From contig CAYITD010000004.1 in the NCBI GenBank assembly GCA_964366325.1, forward strand, positions 10,712-74,711: DNA of 64,000 nt, written 5' to 3'. The notes beneath the pieces were generated by a model, which searched no databases, was not told the origin of the DNA, and was given only the letters and a program-made list of their open reading frames with translations. Every line of letters starts with the position of its first letter. The stretch's first letter is position 1. The stretch comes from Candidatus Woesearchaeota archaeon (GTDB lineage Archaea > Nanobdellota > Nanobdellia > Pacearchaeales > GW2011-AR1). The translations under genes and the position numbers were made by a program. This document shows, piece by piece, positions 48,545 through 57,578 of the stretch.

Positions 48545-48961
48545 TGATGAAAGAGAGAAAAAGCAAAAAAGGAATAAGGAATTTATTATTAATATCAGGA
48601 TTGTCTTTAGCGGGTTTTGTTGCATCTTCTTATGTCAAGAATTCTAAAAACACGCACTAAAGTGCGTGGAAATTCTTGAGCATCCAAAAGTCCAAACAAA
48701 ACTCAAGGACTTTTTGATTTAGTTGATAGAGTTTATGATAGGAAACCTGTTGAGAGTAATGGCGTTTATGATATTAGGATAGGCTCTTCTGATGGAAATG
48801 GGAGAAGGTTAGATGAGAGTTATATTATTAACTATAATGAGGATGGAACTGCAAGTGTTATTATTTTAGATGATGCTGGTTTGGGGAAAAGAGTTAAAGA
48901 AGATAAAGAAGTTCGTTTGATGAGTGTTGCTGGTGTTGATTTTTCTATTAAGAGAAAGTGA
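48544..48961 (+). pseudogene. 110-aa signal/TM-anchored hypothetical gene split by an 85-nt element
   Basis: MMKERK...GFVASSY|insert|LVDRVYDRKP...FSIKRK*; removing 48634-48718 joins the frames exactly. Confidence 0.75.
48634..48718 (+). mobile_element. 85-nt double-hairpin insertion element (subfamily 2)
   Basis: TTAT|GTCAAGAATT..CACGCAC-TAAA-GTGCGTG..AATTCTTGAGCATCCAAAAGTCC...GGACTTTTTGAT; no TSD. Confidence 0.82.
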
Positions 48962-49009
48962 TTTTTTGATTGTGAAATAATTTATAAATAGTGATAAATT
49001 GTAAAATTA

Positions 49010-49345
49010 ATGGAAGAAAAAGTAAAATATGAGGATTTTGCGAAACTTGATTTAAGAGTTGGGAGGATAGTTGAGGTCAAGGATCATCCTAACGCTGATA
49101 AGCTTCTTGTTCTTAAGGTTGATTTTGGGGGAGAGGAGAGGACTATTGTTGCAGGTTTGAAAGCATATTATAAGAAAGAGGAGTTAGAGGGAAAGGAAGG
49201 AATATTCGTCTATAATCTAGAATCTAGTGTTTTGAGAGGGATAGAAAGCAATGGAATGATTTTGGCTGTCGCATCTAAGGGAAGAGAAGAAGTTGTTATT
49301 TTAACTCCTGAAAGAGAGATGGATGAAGGATTGAAAGTTTCTTAG
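49010..49345 (+). CDS. tRNA-binding OB-fold protein (Trbp111 / MetRS C-terminal-like)
   Basis: FAKLDLRVGRI, HPNADKL, LRGIESNGMILA. Confidence 0.92.
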   Translation: MEEKVKYEDFAKLDLRVGRIVEVKDHPNADKLLVLKVDFGGEERTIVAGLKAYYKKEELEGKEGIFVYNLESSVLRGIESNGMILAVASKGREEVVILTPEREMDEGLKVS

Positions 49346-49359
49346 ATTTTTGTTGTGTT

Positions 49360-49414
49360 TTTTTGACATCTCAAGAACCAGACAAGCTATACACTCTAGT
49401 GTATTTTTCTTGAC
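49360..49414 (-). mobile_element. Partial subfamily-2 element (first hairpin only)
   Basis: Minus strand TTTAT|GTCAAGAAAA-ATACAC-TAGA-GTGTAT...TTCTTGAGATGTCAAAAA. Confidence 0.55.
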
Positions 49415-49432
49415 ATAAATAATTAAAAGGAA

Positions 49433-50356
49433 TTGGAGGTAGAGATATTTATGAAAGTCATAGTAACTGGAGGCGCAGGATTTATAGGATCATGGGTAGT
49501 TGATTCTTTGATTGAAAAAGGACATCAAGTTACTGTGATAGATAATTTGTCTAGTGGAAATAAATCTAATGTAAATCACAAGGCAAAATTATATGAGATA
49601 GATTTATTGGGAGATATTGATTCTATATTTGAAAATGAAAAACCTGAATATGTTTTTCATTTTGCTGCGCAAATAAATGTTAGAAAATCAATAGAGGATC
49701 CAAAGAAAGATGCCGAAATTAATATTCTTGGAACATTGAATTTGCTTGACAAATGCGTTAAACATAGAGTTAAGAAAATTATATTCTCTTCAAGTGGAGG
49801 AGCTATTTATGGTGGGAAAGAGGTTATTCCTACTCCTGAAGAGAGTGAAACCAGACCAGAGTCTCCTTATGGAATTGCAAAGTTGACTATTGAACTTTAC
49901 TTAGAGTTTTATAAGAAAGTTTTTGGTTTAGATTACGTTGCTTTGAGATATAGCAATGTTTATGGGCCTAGACAAAGTTCTAAGGGGGAAGCAGGTGTTG
50001 TAGATATATTTTTTAAAAGCCTAGAAAATGGGGAAACACCAGTTATTTTTGGAGATGGGGAACAAACGAGAGATTATGTTTATGTAAAAGATGTTGCACA
50101 TTGTAATATTTTAGCAATGAATTTAAGTGGGATTTTTAATGTTGGTACAGGAATTGAGACAAGCGTTAATGAAATATTTGAGAAAATTGCTAAAGTATCA
50201 AATGCTCCGATGATAAAAAGAAATGGTGCAAAAATAGAGGGAGAGCTTTTGAGGAGTGCGCTTGATTGTTCGAAGTTAAATAAGATTGTTGGTTGGTCGC
50301 CAAAATATAATCTTGATTCTGGACTTATGGAGACTTATGAGTTTTTTAAATCTTAA
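49433..50356 (+). CDS. NAD-dependent epimerase/dehydratase (GalE-like)
   Basis: TGGAGFIGS, HFAAQ, SSSGGAIYG, YGIAK, RYSNVYGP. Confidence 0.93.
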   Translation: MEVEIFMKVIVTGGAGFIGSWVVDSLIEKGHQVTVIDNLSSGNKSNVNHKAKLYEIDLLGDIDSIFENEKPEYVFHFAAQINVRKSIEDPKKDAEINILGTLNLLDKCVKHRVKKIIFSSSGGAIYGGKEVIPTPEESETRPESPYGIAKLTIELYLEFYKKVFGLDYVALRYSNVYGPRQSSKGEAGVVDIFFKSLENGETPVIFGDGEQTRDYVYVKDVAHCNILAMNLSGIFNVGTGIETSVNEIFEKIAKVSNAPMIKRNGAKIEGELLRSALDCSKLNKIVGWSPKYNLDSGLMETYEFFKS

Positions 50357-50373
50357 TTCCTTCTAAACACGTT

Positions 50374-51129
50374 TTATCTACCAAACATTCTGCCAAACAA
50401 AGAGATTTTTTCCTTATATCCACTGTGGCCTATAAGCCCTGCAGCTATTCTTTTGTATTCTCTTGCAGCTTTTGATTTTGGATAGACATGAATAAGCGCA
50501 TCTTTCATCACAAGAGCCGCTTGGAATTTGTCATCACTTGGTATTACTCCAAGAATTGGTAGTTCAAGCATTTCTTCTATATTTTGGATTGGCATTTCTG
50601 TCTTTGAATGCTTTACTTTTGTTATTATAACACCTTTGACTGTTTTTCCCATTTGTTCTATAAGTTTTGAAACTTTTAGAGCATCTGTAACTGCTGGAAT
50701 TTCTGGGTTTGTTACAATAATCAGCTCATCTGCGGAGTCTATTGCAGCCACAGCCTCATCTCCAAGCCCTGCTGCCGAGTCAAAGATCACAATATCTGAA
50801 CTTTTCTTTAATTTTTTTGCAACTTCTTTTAGTTTTGAATGATCAAGATTTTTTAATTCATTTATGGATAGAGAGGAAGGCATAACTTTTGTTCCAGATT
50901 CATGCTCATAAATTGCTTCTGATATTTTTGCTTTCCCTAATAAGACGTGATTTAGACTTATAGGCACTATTGGCGCGCCAAGATGAAGGCCTATATTTGG
51001 TGTTGAGAGATTCGCGTCAACTACAATTACATCTTTTCCAAATGAGTTTATGGCTGCGGCGAGATTAATAGAAGTTGTTGTTTTTCCGACTCCTCCCTTA
51101 CCTGATGTTATAGTTATAATTTTACCCAT
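50374..51129 (-). CDS. minD: Cell division ATPase MinD
   Basis: SGKGGVGKTT, DANLSTPN, DSAAGLG, TNPEIPAVTDA. Confidence 0.9.
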   Translation of the reverse strand: MGKIITITSGKGGVGKTTTSINLAAAINSFGKDVIVVDANLSTPNIGLHLGAPIVPISLNHVLLGKAKISEAIYEHESGTKVMPSSLSINELKNLDHSKLKEVAKKLKKSSDIVIFDSAAGLGDEAVAAIDSADELIIVTNPEIPAVTDALKVSKLIEQMGKTVKGVIITKVKHSKTEMPIQNIEEMLELPILGVIPSDDKFQAALVMKDALIHVYPKSKAAREYKRIAAGLIGHSGYKEKISLFGRMFGR

Positions 51130-51166
51130 TTTTCATAAATACTAAGATTTTTTAACGCAGGAGGGA

Positions 51167-51592
51167 TTACTTTATGTAACTTATAAATCTTTCTAATATA
51201 GTTGAATAGTCTTTTAATTGGAGGAGGTTTATGTTTATAATTTCTCCTTTATAGGTCACTTTAAGGTTGACTCCTTTTCTGAATTCATTTTCTCTAACCT
51301 TTTCTAGTTTCTCCATATCTCTAAATAGTTCGTAAAGATTTAGAGCATCTACTATTTCTTGATTTTTGGAGTAGATGCTTTTTATTTGTATTAGTTTAGC
51401 TCGTGGTGCATCTGGGACTGCTTTCCATTTTTTTTCTTTTTTTGCTTTTTCTATCAGTCTGTCTATACATCTGTCTATCATATTCTTCCATCTAGAAATT
51501 AGGTTTATAATTACGTCACAAGTCTTTGTGTACTTTAAACTCACATACAGGAGATGATCTGCGCTGATTTTCTCTTTTATTATATCTTCCAT
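51167..51592 (-). CDS. Conserved hypothetical protein
   Basis: ADHLLYVSLKYTKTCDVI...EFRK. Confidence 0.7.
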   Translation of the reverse strand: MEDIIKEKISADHLLYVSLKYTKTCDVIINLISRWKNMIDRCIDRLIEKAKKEKKWKAVPDAPRAKLIQIKSIYSKNQEIVDALNLYELFRDMEKLEKVRENEFRKGVNLKVTYKGEIININLLQLKDYSTILERFISYIK

Positions 51593-51708
51593 TAAAAAAA
51601 ATACAGTTTTTTGCCTGAGGACTTACATAGTCTGAGCTGTTTAAATACTTTATTGTTTATGCATCCTAGTTCTATTGAAATGATCTTGGAGAAATTATGT
51701 AAACTTGC

Positions 51709-52152
51709 TTAATTTTCTTCCACTATAATTTTTCCTAACATAGAAGGATGAATTCCGCAATGATATGAATGTTCTCCTGCGCTTTCAAAAGTTAAAGTGT
51801 ATGACTCCCCTTTAGATAGTTCTGTCGATGCAGGGAAAGAGTCGAGATCTGAGATTATTGTATGCACAAAGGAGTCTTCATTTTCCCATTTAACTGTCTC
51901 GTCTTTTTTTATTTTGATTTCTTTTGGTGAGAAGCTGGAATCAGATATTAAAATTATGTGCGTTTTGCTATCTTCTCCAATTGTTTCTTTTGCTTTGTTT
52001 TCTGAAGTCGCCTCTTTTTTACCAAATGGATAGGAGATTATGCCTGAGATCATTAAAACTGCAACTATGAAAATTATTATGAGTTTTTTCATTTTATTAT
52101 TCTTTTGTTTAATTTTGATAATACTAAGAAAGCAGAAGTATTGCTTCTGCAA
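51709..52152 (-). CDS. Cupredoxin (plastocyanin/azurin-like) exported protein
   Basis: FSPKEI, VHTI, YHCGIHPSM type-1 Cu ligands. Confidence 0.9.
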   Translation of the reverse strand: MQKQYFCFLSIIKIKQKNNKMKKLIIIFIVAVLMISGIISYPFGKKEATSENKAKETIGEDSKTHIILISDSSFSPKEIKIKKDETVKWENEDSFVHTIISDLDSFPASTELSKGESYTLTFESAGEHSYHCGIHPSMLGKIIVEEN

Positions 52153-52450
52153 TATCTTTTGTTTTTTCTAATGCTTCTCTTGATTCTTCTAAAGACTTGC
52201 CGGTTTTTTCGGATATAAGTTGAACGTCATCTTCTGAGATTACCGAACTTTGTTCTGTTATTTCACCTGAAATTTGAAACGTTTCCTGTCCATGGAATTT
52301 CACTTTCTGTATAGACGGATTGTCTATTGTTATTTTTCCATCTTCTTTTTCTATTATCACACGGAGAGCTGATATTTCTTCCTGCTGCATGCCCATCTGT
52401 TTTAGCATTGACTGCATCTTTCTTGGATCGATATTCATTCCTGGAATCAT
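52124..52450 (-). CDS. nac: Nascent polypeptide-associated complex protein
   Basis: DPRKMQSMLKQMGM, ETFQISG, UBA-like C-terminus. Confidence 0.93.
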   Translation of the reverse strand: MIPGMNIDPRKMQSMLKQMGMQQEEISALRVIIEKEDGKITIDNPSIQKVKFHGQETFQISGEITEQSSVISEDDVQLISEKTGKSLEESREALEKTKDIAEAILLLS

Positions 52451-52484
52451 TGTGTTTTCAATTAATAAGGTTATAAATAGTTTT

Positions 52485-52649
52485 CTAAGCAGTTGGCCAG
52501 ATTATCTTTAGAAATGTTACGATCACTAAAATGCCTATTGCAAAACCAATTACTTGGGTTGGGGTAATCATGAATCTGCTTTGATATTCTTCGTCGTATC
52601 TTGTAATTCCTCCAAAACCTCCAGGAAGGTGTATCTTGTTTTCAGCCAT
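52485..52649 (-). CDS. secG: Preprotein translocase subunit Sec61beta (not in ORF track)
   Basis: MAENKIHLPGGFGGITRYDEEYQSRFMITPTQVIGFAIGILVIV. Confidence 0.88.
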   Translation of the reverse strand: MAENKIHLPGGFGGITRYDEEYQSRFMITPTQVIGFAIGILVIVTFLKIIWPTA

Positions 52650-52692
52650 TAAAATAAGCAGAAGCTAGGGTATAAAAAACTTTGTTTTTTAT

Positions 52693-52787
52693 TGCTCGAA
52701 CTGAGTTAATACTCCGCAGCTTGCTGCGATCAGTCTCAGTTTGAGGCTTAAAAATACCCCACAGCTTGCTGTGATTGGGATTTTTAT
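52693..52787 (+). mobile_element. 95-nt double-hairpin insertion element (subfamily 1, copy A)
   Basis: TTTAT|TGCTCGAACTGAG...CTCAGTTTGAGGC; inner hairpins CGCAG-CTTG-CTGCG and CACAG-CTTG-CTGTG; ends ATTTTTAT. Confidence 0.8.
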
Positions 52788-53408
52788 TTATTCTTCTAAC
52801 TTTTTTAGCAACTTATTTTTATTCCTTCCTGAGACATCTTTGCCCCAGAGGACAAAAATCCTGTTAATTTTAGACCAGTACTTTTTTGGAACTACTTTTT
52901 GTAATTCCAGCTCTGTTTTATCTGGTGTTTTTGTTTTTACTAAACCTAGAAGGTTAGAAATGCGGTGAACATGAGTATCAACTGTGATTGTGTCTTCTTC
53001 ATGTATTTCTGATAAAACTAAGTTGGCTGTTTTTCTCCCAACTCCTGGCAGCTTGGTTAATTCTTCAATTGAATTAGGAACTTTGCTATTATGTTCAGAG
53101 ACGAGAATCCTTGCTGTTTCAATTATATTTTTTGTTTTTGTTTTATTATAGTTTAAACTTTTTAAGATTGATAAAACATTTGAATATTTTGCTTTTGCTA
53201 GGGATTCGAGGGAAGAGTATTTTTTGAATAGCGATTCTGCGATAGGTATTGTAGTTTCATCTCTGGATTGGGCGGACATTATTGTTGCTAAAAGAGTTTT
53301 CCAGTCTGAAGACCAGCCTTCTCCTGCAAGTCTCTTTTCAGTTTTTTTATATTTCTTTTCCGCTTTTTTGAAGATCTTTAGGAAGTATTGTTTTTTGTTC
53401 GCGCTCAT
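52788..53408 (-). CDS. nth: Endonuclease III (HhH-GPD), no C-terminal Fe-S motif
   Basis: ATIMSAQSRD, LPGVGRKTANLV, VDTHVHRI. Confidence 0.92.
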   Translation of the reverse strand: MSANKKQYFLKIFKKAEKKYKKTEKRLAGEGWSSDWKTLLATIMSAQSRDETTIPIAESLFKKYSSLESLAKAKYSNVLSILKSLNYNKTKTKNIIETARILVSEHNSKVPNSIEELTKLPGVGRKTANLVLSEIHEEDTITVDTHVHRISNLLGLVKTKTPDKTELELQKVVPKKYWSKINRIFVLWGKDVSGRNKNKLLKKLEE

Positions 53409-53430
53409 TGGAAATCAAAGCCAAAAGGGT

Positions 53431-53766
53431 TTAATAATTATCTCTAGCGTAATTTATTAAATTCATATCTCTGCCTTCTAAGGTCAATACTCTTCTAAAT
53501 TCTCCTTTTTCATTGGAATCTTTAACTGATATATTCATCCACTTATATCTTATTACTTTCATGGAGACTTCTCCTTTTTCTTCTAGTGTGACTTGGCGCA
53601 AATATATTTCATCACCGGCTCTAAACTCATATTTTACTGGCAGACTAAAAACTATGTTTTTATCTGGAACTTCTTTAGATTTTAATCCTATTGTTGTCGT
53701 TCTATCTTGGCTTACTATCCCATCTTCTACTATACCTGTTAAACTATCTAATTCTATTAAACCCAT
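53431..53766 (-). CDS. Hypothetical protein
   Basis: 111-aa beta-rich ORF. Confidence 0.5.
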   Translation of the reverse strand: MGLIELDSLTGIVEDGIVSQDRTTTIGLKSKEVPDKNIVFSLPVKYEFRAGDEIYLRQVTLEEKGEVSMKVIRYKWMNISVKDSNEKGEFRRVLTLEGRDMNLINYARDNY

Positions 53767-53860
53767 ATTTTTGTAAACTTGTTGGACTTTAAATCTTTTA
53801 TTGTCTTTTTCTACTTATATGTCCTAAAAAAGGTTTTTAATCTCTCTTTTATTAGGAAAA

Positions 53861-56248
53861 GTGATGAAATTAAGTGATTTGAAAAATTGGAATGTTGAAA
53901 TTGAAGATAAGATAACTAAGAAATGGATGGATGCAGAGAGGTTTGCTTTTGATACAAAGACTAAAAAGAAGATTTATTCTATCGATACACCTCCGCCATA
54001 TGTAAATAGGCCGATACATATTGGGCAAGCTATAACCTATTGTTATATGGATTTCTTTGCGAGATACAAGAGAATGAAGGGATTTGAGGTCATTTTCCCT
54101 CTTGGCCTGGATAGAAATGGATTACCTATAGAAATGGCTGCTGAAAAAAAGTTTGGGATTTCTGCCTTTGAAGTTGGGAGAAAGAAATTTGTAGAGTATT
54201 GTAAAAAATTATTAAACGATACTTCTGATGAAACAAAAGAAAGTTTTAGAAGACTTGGTATTTCATTTACTTCTTATAAGGAAGGGGAACATATAGGTTC
54301 GATATATAAAACGGATAGCGATGAATACAGAGCTTTAACGCAGCAAACTTTTATAGAACTTTATAAGAAAGGCATAGTTTATGAAGATTTAAGAATAAAT
54401 AATTGGGATTCTAAACTAAGGACAACAATAGCAGATTCTGAAATAGAATACAAAGATTTGCCTTCGAAATTTGTTTTTGTTAAATGGAAAGTTAAAGGAA
54501 CAAATGAAGAGATAGAAATCGCTACAACAAGGCCTGAATTAATTTGCACTTGCGGTATGGTTATTTTTAATCCTTCAGATAAAAGGTATAAACATTTGGA
54601 TGGGAAAACAGTTGTAACTCCTATTTTTAATAAAGAGGTTAAAATAAAATCACATCCTTTGGCTGATCCTGAAAAAGGAACTGGAATTGTAATGATGTGC
54701 TCTGCTGGAGATCTTTCAGACATTCAATTTTTTAGGGAAATGAATTTGAAGCCAACTATAGCTATTGGGCAGGATGGGAAGATGAATGAAAATGCAGGAT
54801 TTCTTAAGGGTTTGAAAGTTAGAGAAGCTAGAGAAAAAATTATTACAGAATTAAAGGAAAAAGGGTTAATTAGAAGAGAAGAAAACATAATGCATAGAAC
54901 GCCAATTTCTGAGAGATCAGGAGCAGAGATTGAATTTATAGAAATGCCTGAATTTTATTTAAAACAAATGGAATTTAAAGATAAAATTAGAAAATTGAGT
55001 GATAAAATCAACTTCTACCCTCCTGAAACAAGGAAGATTTTAGATTCTTGGCTTGATAGTATAAAGATCGATTGGCCAATTTCTAGAAGAAGATATTATG
55101 CTACTCCAATCCCATTGTGGTATTCTGAAGAAAATGGAGAAAAACTAGCTGCTGTTCCTTCTGAGAGAAAATATTATGAACCTTGGGGTTCTGAACCTGA
55201 CAAATCTTTTGAAGTTTATAAAGATGGAAAGAAAATTGGAAAAGTTTCAGATTTTAAGAATAAGAAATGGACAGGAGAGGAAAGAGTTTTTGATACTTGG
55301 ATGGATTCTTCTATTTCTGAATTATTTATTTTAAAGTATGGAAAGGATAATAAATTTTTCAGTAATGCTTATCCTGCTAGTTTGAGGCCTCAGGGAAAAG
55401 AGATTGTTAGGACTTGGCTTTATTACACTTTACTTCGAGGCTATTTGGAAACAGGGAAACCTTCTTTTGATGATGTTTGGATTCATCAACATATTTTGGA
55501 TGATAAAGGAAGAAAAATGGCAAAATCATTAGGGAACATTGTAGATCCTCAAGATATAATAAAAAATGAAGGGGCTGAAGCTTTGAGGTTTTGGTCTGTA
55601 ACAGAGGGAGATTTATCAAAGCAGGATTTGGTTTACTCTAAGGAAAGGATCAAGGCTGAAGTGAAGACCTTGAACAAAATTTTAAATGTTGCAAAATTTG
55701 TTTCCTTATTTGACAAACCTAAGAAGAAACCAGAGTTGACAAATCTTGACCAATATTTTGTTGATTATATTGAAGATCTAACTTATAGATTTGAGAAAAA
55801 ATATGATGTTTATGACTTTCATAATGCAGCTATTGAAATCAGGGAGTTCATACGGGAGCATTTTGCTTCTCACTATATTGAATTGGTAAAAAGCAGAGCT
55901 TATAATGAGGACAAGAAGTTTACAGAAGAAGAGAATAAATCTGTTAAGTATGCCTTGAATTTTATTTTTGATAGGCTTTTAGTTTTACTTTATCCTATCA
56001 TTCCTCAGCTGACAAGTTTTATTGGAGAGAGTCGAGGGATTTCTCTGATTGATTCTGAGTTTCCAGAAACAAAAAAAGTCAAATTAGATTCTAAAAATAT
56101 GAAGGAACTTATGGAGTTTAATAGTTTAGTTTGGAAAACTAAAAAGGAAAAGGGAATTTCTCTTCGTGAAGGTATTTCTGGAATTTCTGTTCCTGACGGC
56201 TTGAAGGATTTTGAGATGGATCTGAGAGAGTGTCATAAGCTGGGATAG
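53861..56248 (+). CDS. valS: Valine--tRNA ligase
   Basis: DTPPPY, HIGQ, ATTRPE, DWPISRRR, DTWMDSS, KMAKS. Confidence 0.93.
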   Translation: MMKLSDLKNWNVEIEDKITKKWMDAERFAFDTKTKKKIYSIDTPPPYVNRPIHIGQAITYCYMDFFARYKRMKGFEVIFPLGLDRNGLPIEMAAEKKFGISAFEVGRKKFVEYCKKLLNDTSDETKESFRRLGISFTSYKEGEHIGSIYKTDSDEYRALTQQTFIELYKKGIVYEDLRINNWDSKLRTTIADSEIEYKDLPSKFVFVKWKVKGTNEEIEIATTRPELICTCGMVIFNPSDKRYKHLDGKTVVTPIFNKEVKIKSHPLADPEKGTGIVMMCSAGDLSDIQFFREMNLKPTIAIGQDGKMNENAGFLKGLKVREAREKIITELKEKGLIRREENIMHRTPISERSGAEIEFIEMPEFYLKQMEFKDKIRKLSDKINFYPPETRKILDSWLDSIKIDWPISRRRYYATPIPLWYSEENGEKLAAVPSERKYYEPWGSEPDKSFEVYKDGKKIGKVSDFKNKKWTGEERVFDTWMDSSISELFILKYGKDNKFFSNAYPASLRPQGKEIVRTWLYYTLLRGYLETGKPSFDDVWIHQHILDDKGRKMAKSLGNIVDPQDIIKNEGAEALRFWSVTEGDLSKQDLVYSKERIKAEVKTLNKILNVAKFVSLFDKPKKKPELTNLDQYFVDYIEDLTYRFEKKYDVYDFHNAAIEIREFIREHFASHYIELVKSRAYNEDKKFTEEENKSVKYALNFIFDRLLVLLYPIIPQLTSFIGESRGISLIDSEFPETKKVKLDSKNMKELMEFNSLVWKTKKEKGISLREGISGISVPDGLKDFEMDLRECHKLG

Positions 56249-56290
56249 TTTTATTTTTGCCAAGCTTTATTAACAATGTTTTTACATTTA

Positions 56291-56316
56291 TAGGGAAAGA
56301 CTAGGGTCTTTCCCTA
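56291..56316. other. 11-bp perfect hairpin between valS and aRF1
   Basis: TAGGGAAAGAC-TAGG-GTCTTTCCCTA. Confidence 0.6.
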
Positions 56317-56364
56317 ATAAGTCAACGACAAAATGGGGAAAATTAAGGTCCTTGACTATAAATA

Positions 56365-57483
56365 ATGGAAAACGATAAAATACAGCAGATTGATGAGAAG
56401 GAAAAAGAAAAGTTCTTAGATTTGATTTCTTTACTAGAAAATATAAAAGGGAGACATACTGAACTTGTGACCGTACTTGTTCCTGCTGGATATAACATAA
56501 ATGCTATCACAAGGCAACTTGAATCTGAGAAGTCGACTGCTTCAAATATAAAGTCAAAGCAGACAAGGAAAAATGTTATTGAAGCTCTTGAAATGATAAT
56601 TAGGGAAACAAAGGCTATGAAACAGACTCCTCCTAATGGCTTGACAATTTTTTGTGGAAATATCTCAGAGAAAGAAGGAGAATCAGACATACACTTATGG
56701 ATTCATGAACCTCCAAGATCTCTAAATGTTAAAATATATAGGTGTGATCAAGTTTTTGTTATTGAGCCTTTGAAAGAAATGGTCGGCATTGAAGAGGTGT
56801 ATGGATTGCTTGTGATTGATAGACAACAAGCAACTATTGGTTTGTTAGAGGGAAGACAGATAAAAGTTTTACAGAAATTAACCTCTGGAGTTCCGGGGAA
56901 GGTAAGGGCTGGAGGACAAAGTAGTCAGAGATTTCATAGAATTACTGAGGGACTTGCTAAAGAATTTTTTAGAAGAGTTGCGGGGGAAATGAAGAAGATA
57001 TTTTTTGATATGCCGAAATTAAAAGGAATTTTAGTTGGAGGGCCTATACCAACAAAAGAGGAATTTCTTGAAGAAGGAGAATTAGTTACCAAATTAAAAG
57101 AGCTGGTTATTTCAGTTAAGGATTTGGGTTATGTTGATGAGCATGGCTTGGAATTATTAGTTGAGGACTCTCAGGAAGAGATTGCTGAGCAAGAATTGAT
57201 AAGAGAGAAAAAATTTCTTAGAAGATTTTTTGAGACTCTTGGCAAGCATAGTAAAATGGCTGCATATGGTCCTGAAAGAGTAAGACTTGCTTTGGAAAGA
57301 GGTGCTGTTGATCTTCTACTTATTTCTAAATCCTTTGATAAAGAACAGGCAACCGAATATGAGCAGATGGCTGAAAATATAAGCGCAGAGGTTGTTTTTG
57401 TAAGTGTAGATAATCAGGATGGAGAGCAATTTCTTAACTTGACAAAGGGATTGGGTGCAATTTTAAGATTTTCTCTTGAGTAA
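56365..57483 (+). CDS. prf1: Peptide chain release factor aRF1
   Basis: GRHTELV, ASNIKS, YRCD, AGGQSSQRF. Confidence 0.97.
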   Translation: MENDKIQQIDEKEKEKFLDLISLLENIKGRHTELVTVLVPAGYNINAITRQLESEKSTASNIKSKQTRKNVIEALEMIIRETKAMKQTPPNGLTIFCGNISEKEGESDIHLWIHEPPRSLNVKIYRCDQVFVIEPLKEMVGIEEVYGLLVIDRQQATIGLLEGRQIKVLQKLTSGVPGKVRAGGQSSQRFHRITEGLAKEFFRRVAGEMKKIFFDMPKLKGILVGGPIPTKEEFLEEGELVTKLKELVISVKDLGYVDEHGLELLVEDSQEEIAEQELIREKKFLRRFFETLGKHSKMAAYGPERVRLALERGAVDLLLISKSFDKEQATEYEQMAENISAEVVFVSVDNQDGEQFLNLTKGLGAILRFSLE

Positions 57484-57578
57484 TTTAGCTATTTATGTCA
57501 TCTCAAAAGAGTAATTTCTTTTTTGCTTTTTAAGCAGAACATCATAAACAATTTAAAGATTTGATTTTTTGATTTTGT

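Noticed and set aside
28078-48718. Insertion elements as BHB introns spliced by EndA
   Set aside because: At the 48634 junction, including the 2-nt boundary ambiguity, the exon end cannot form the 4-bp central helix with the insert end, and none was apparent at 28078. The tRNA-Arg intron does form one.
57491-57525. TTTAT-GTCA start resembling another element copy
   Set aside because: Lacks the TCAAGA/TCTTGA arms; similarity too weak.
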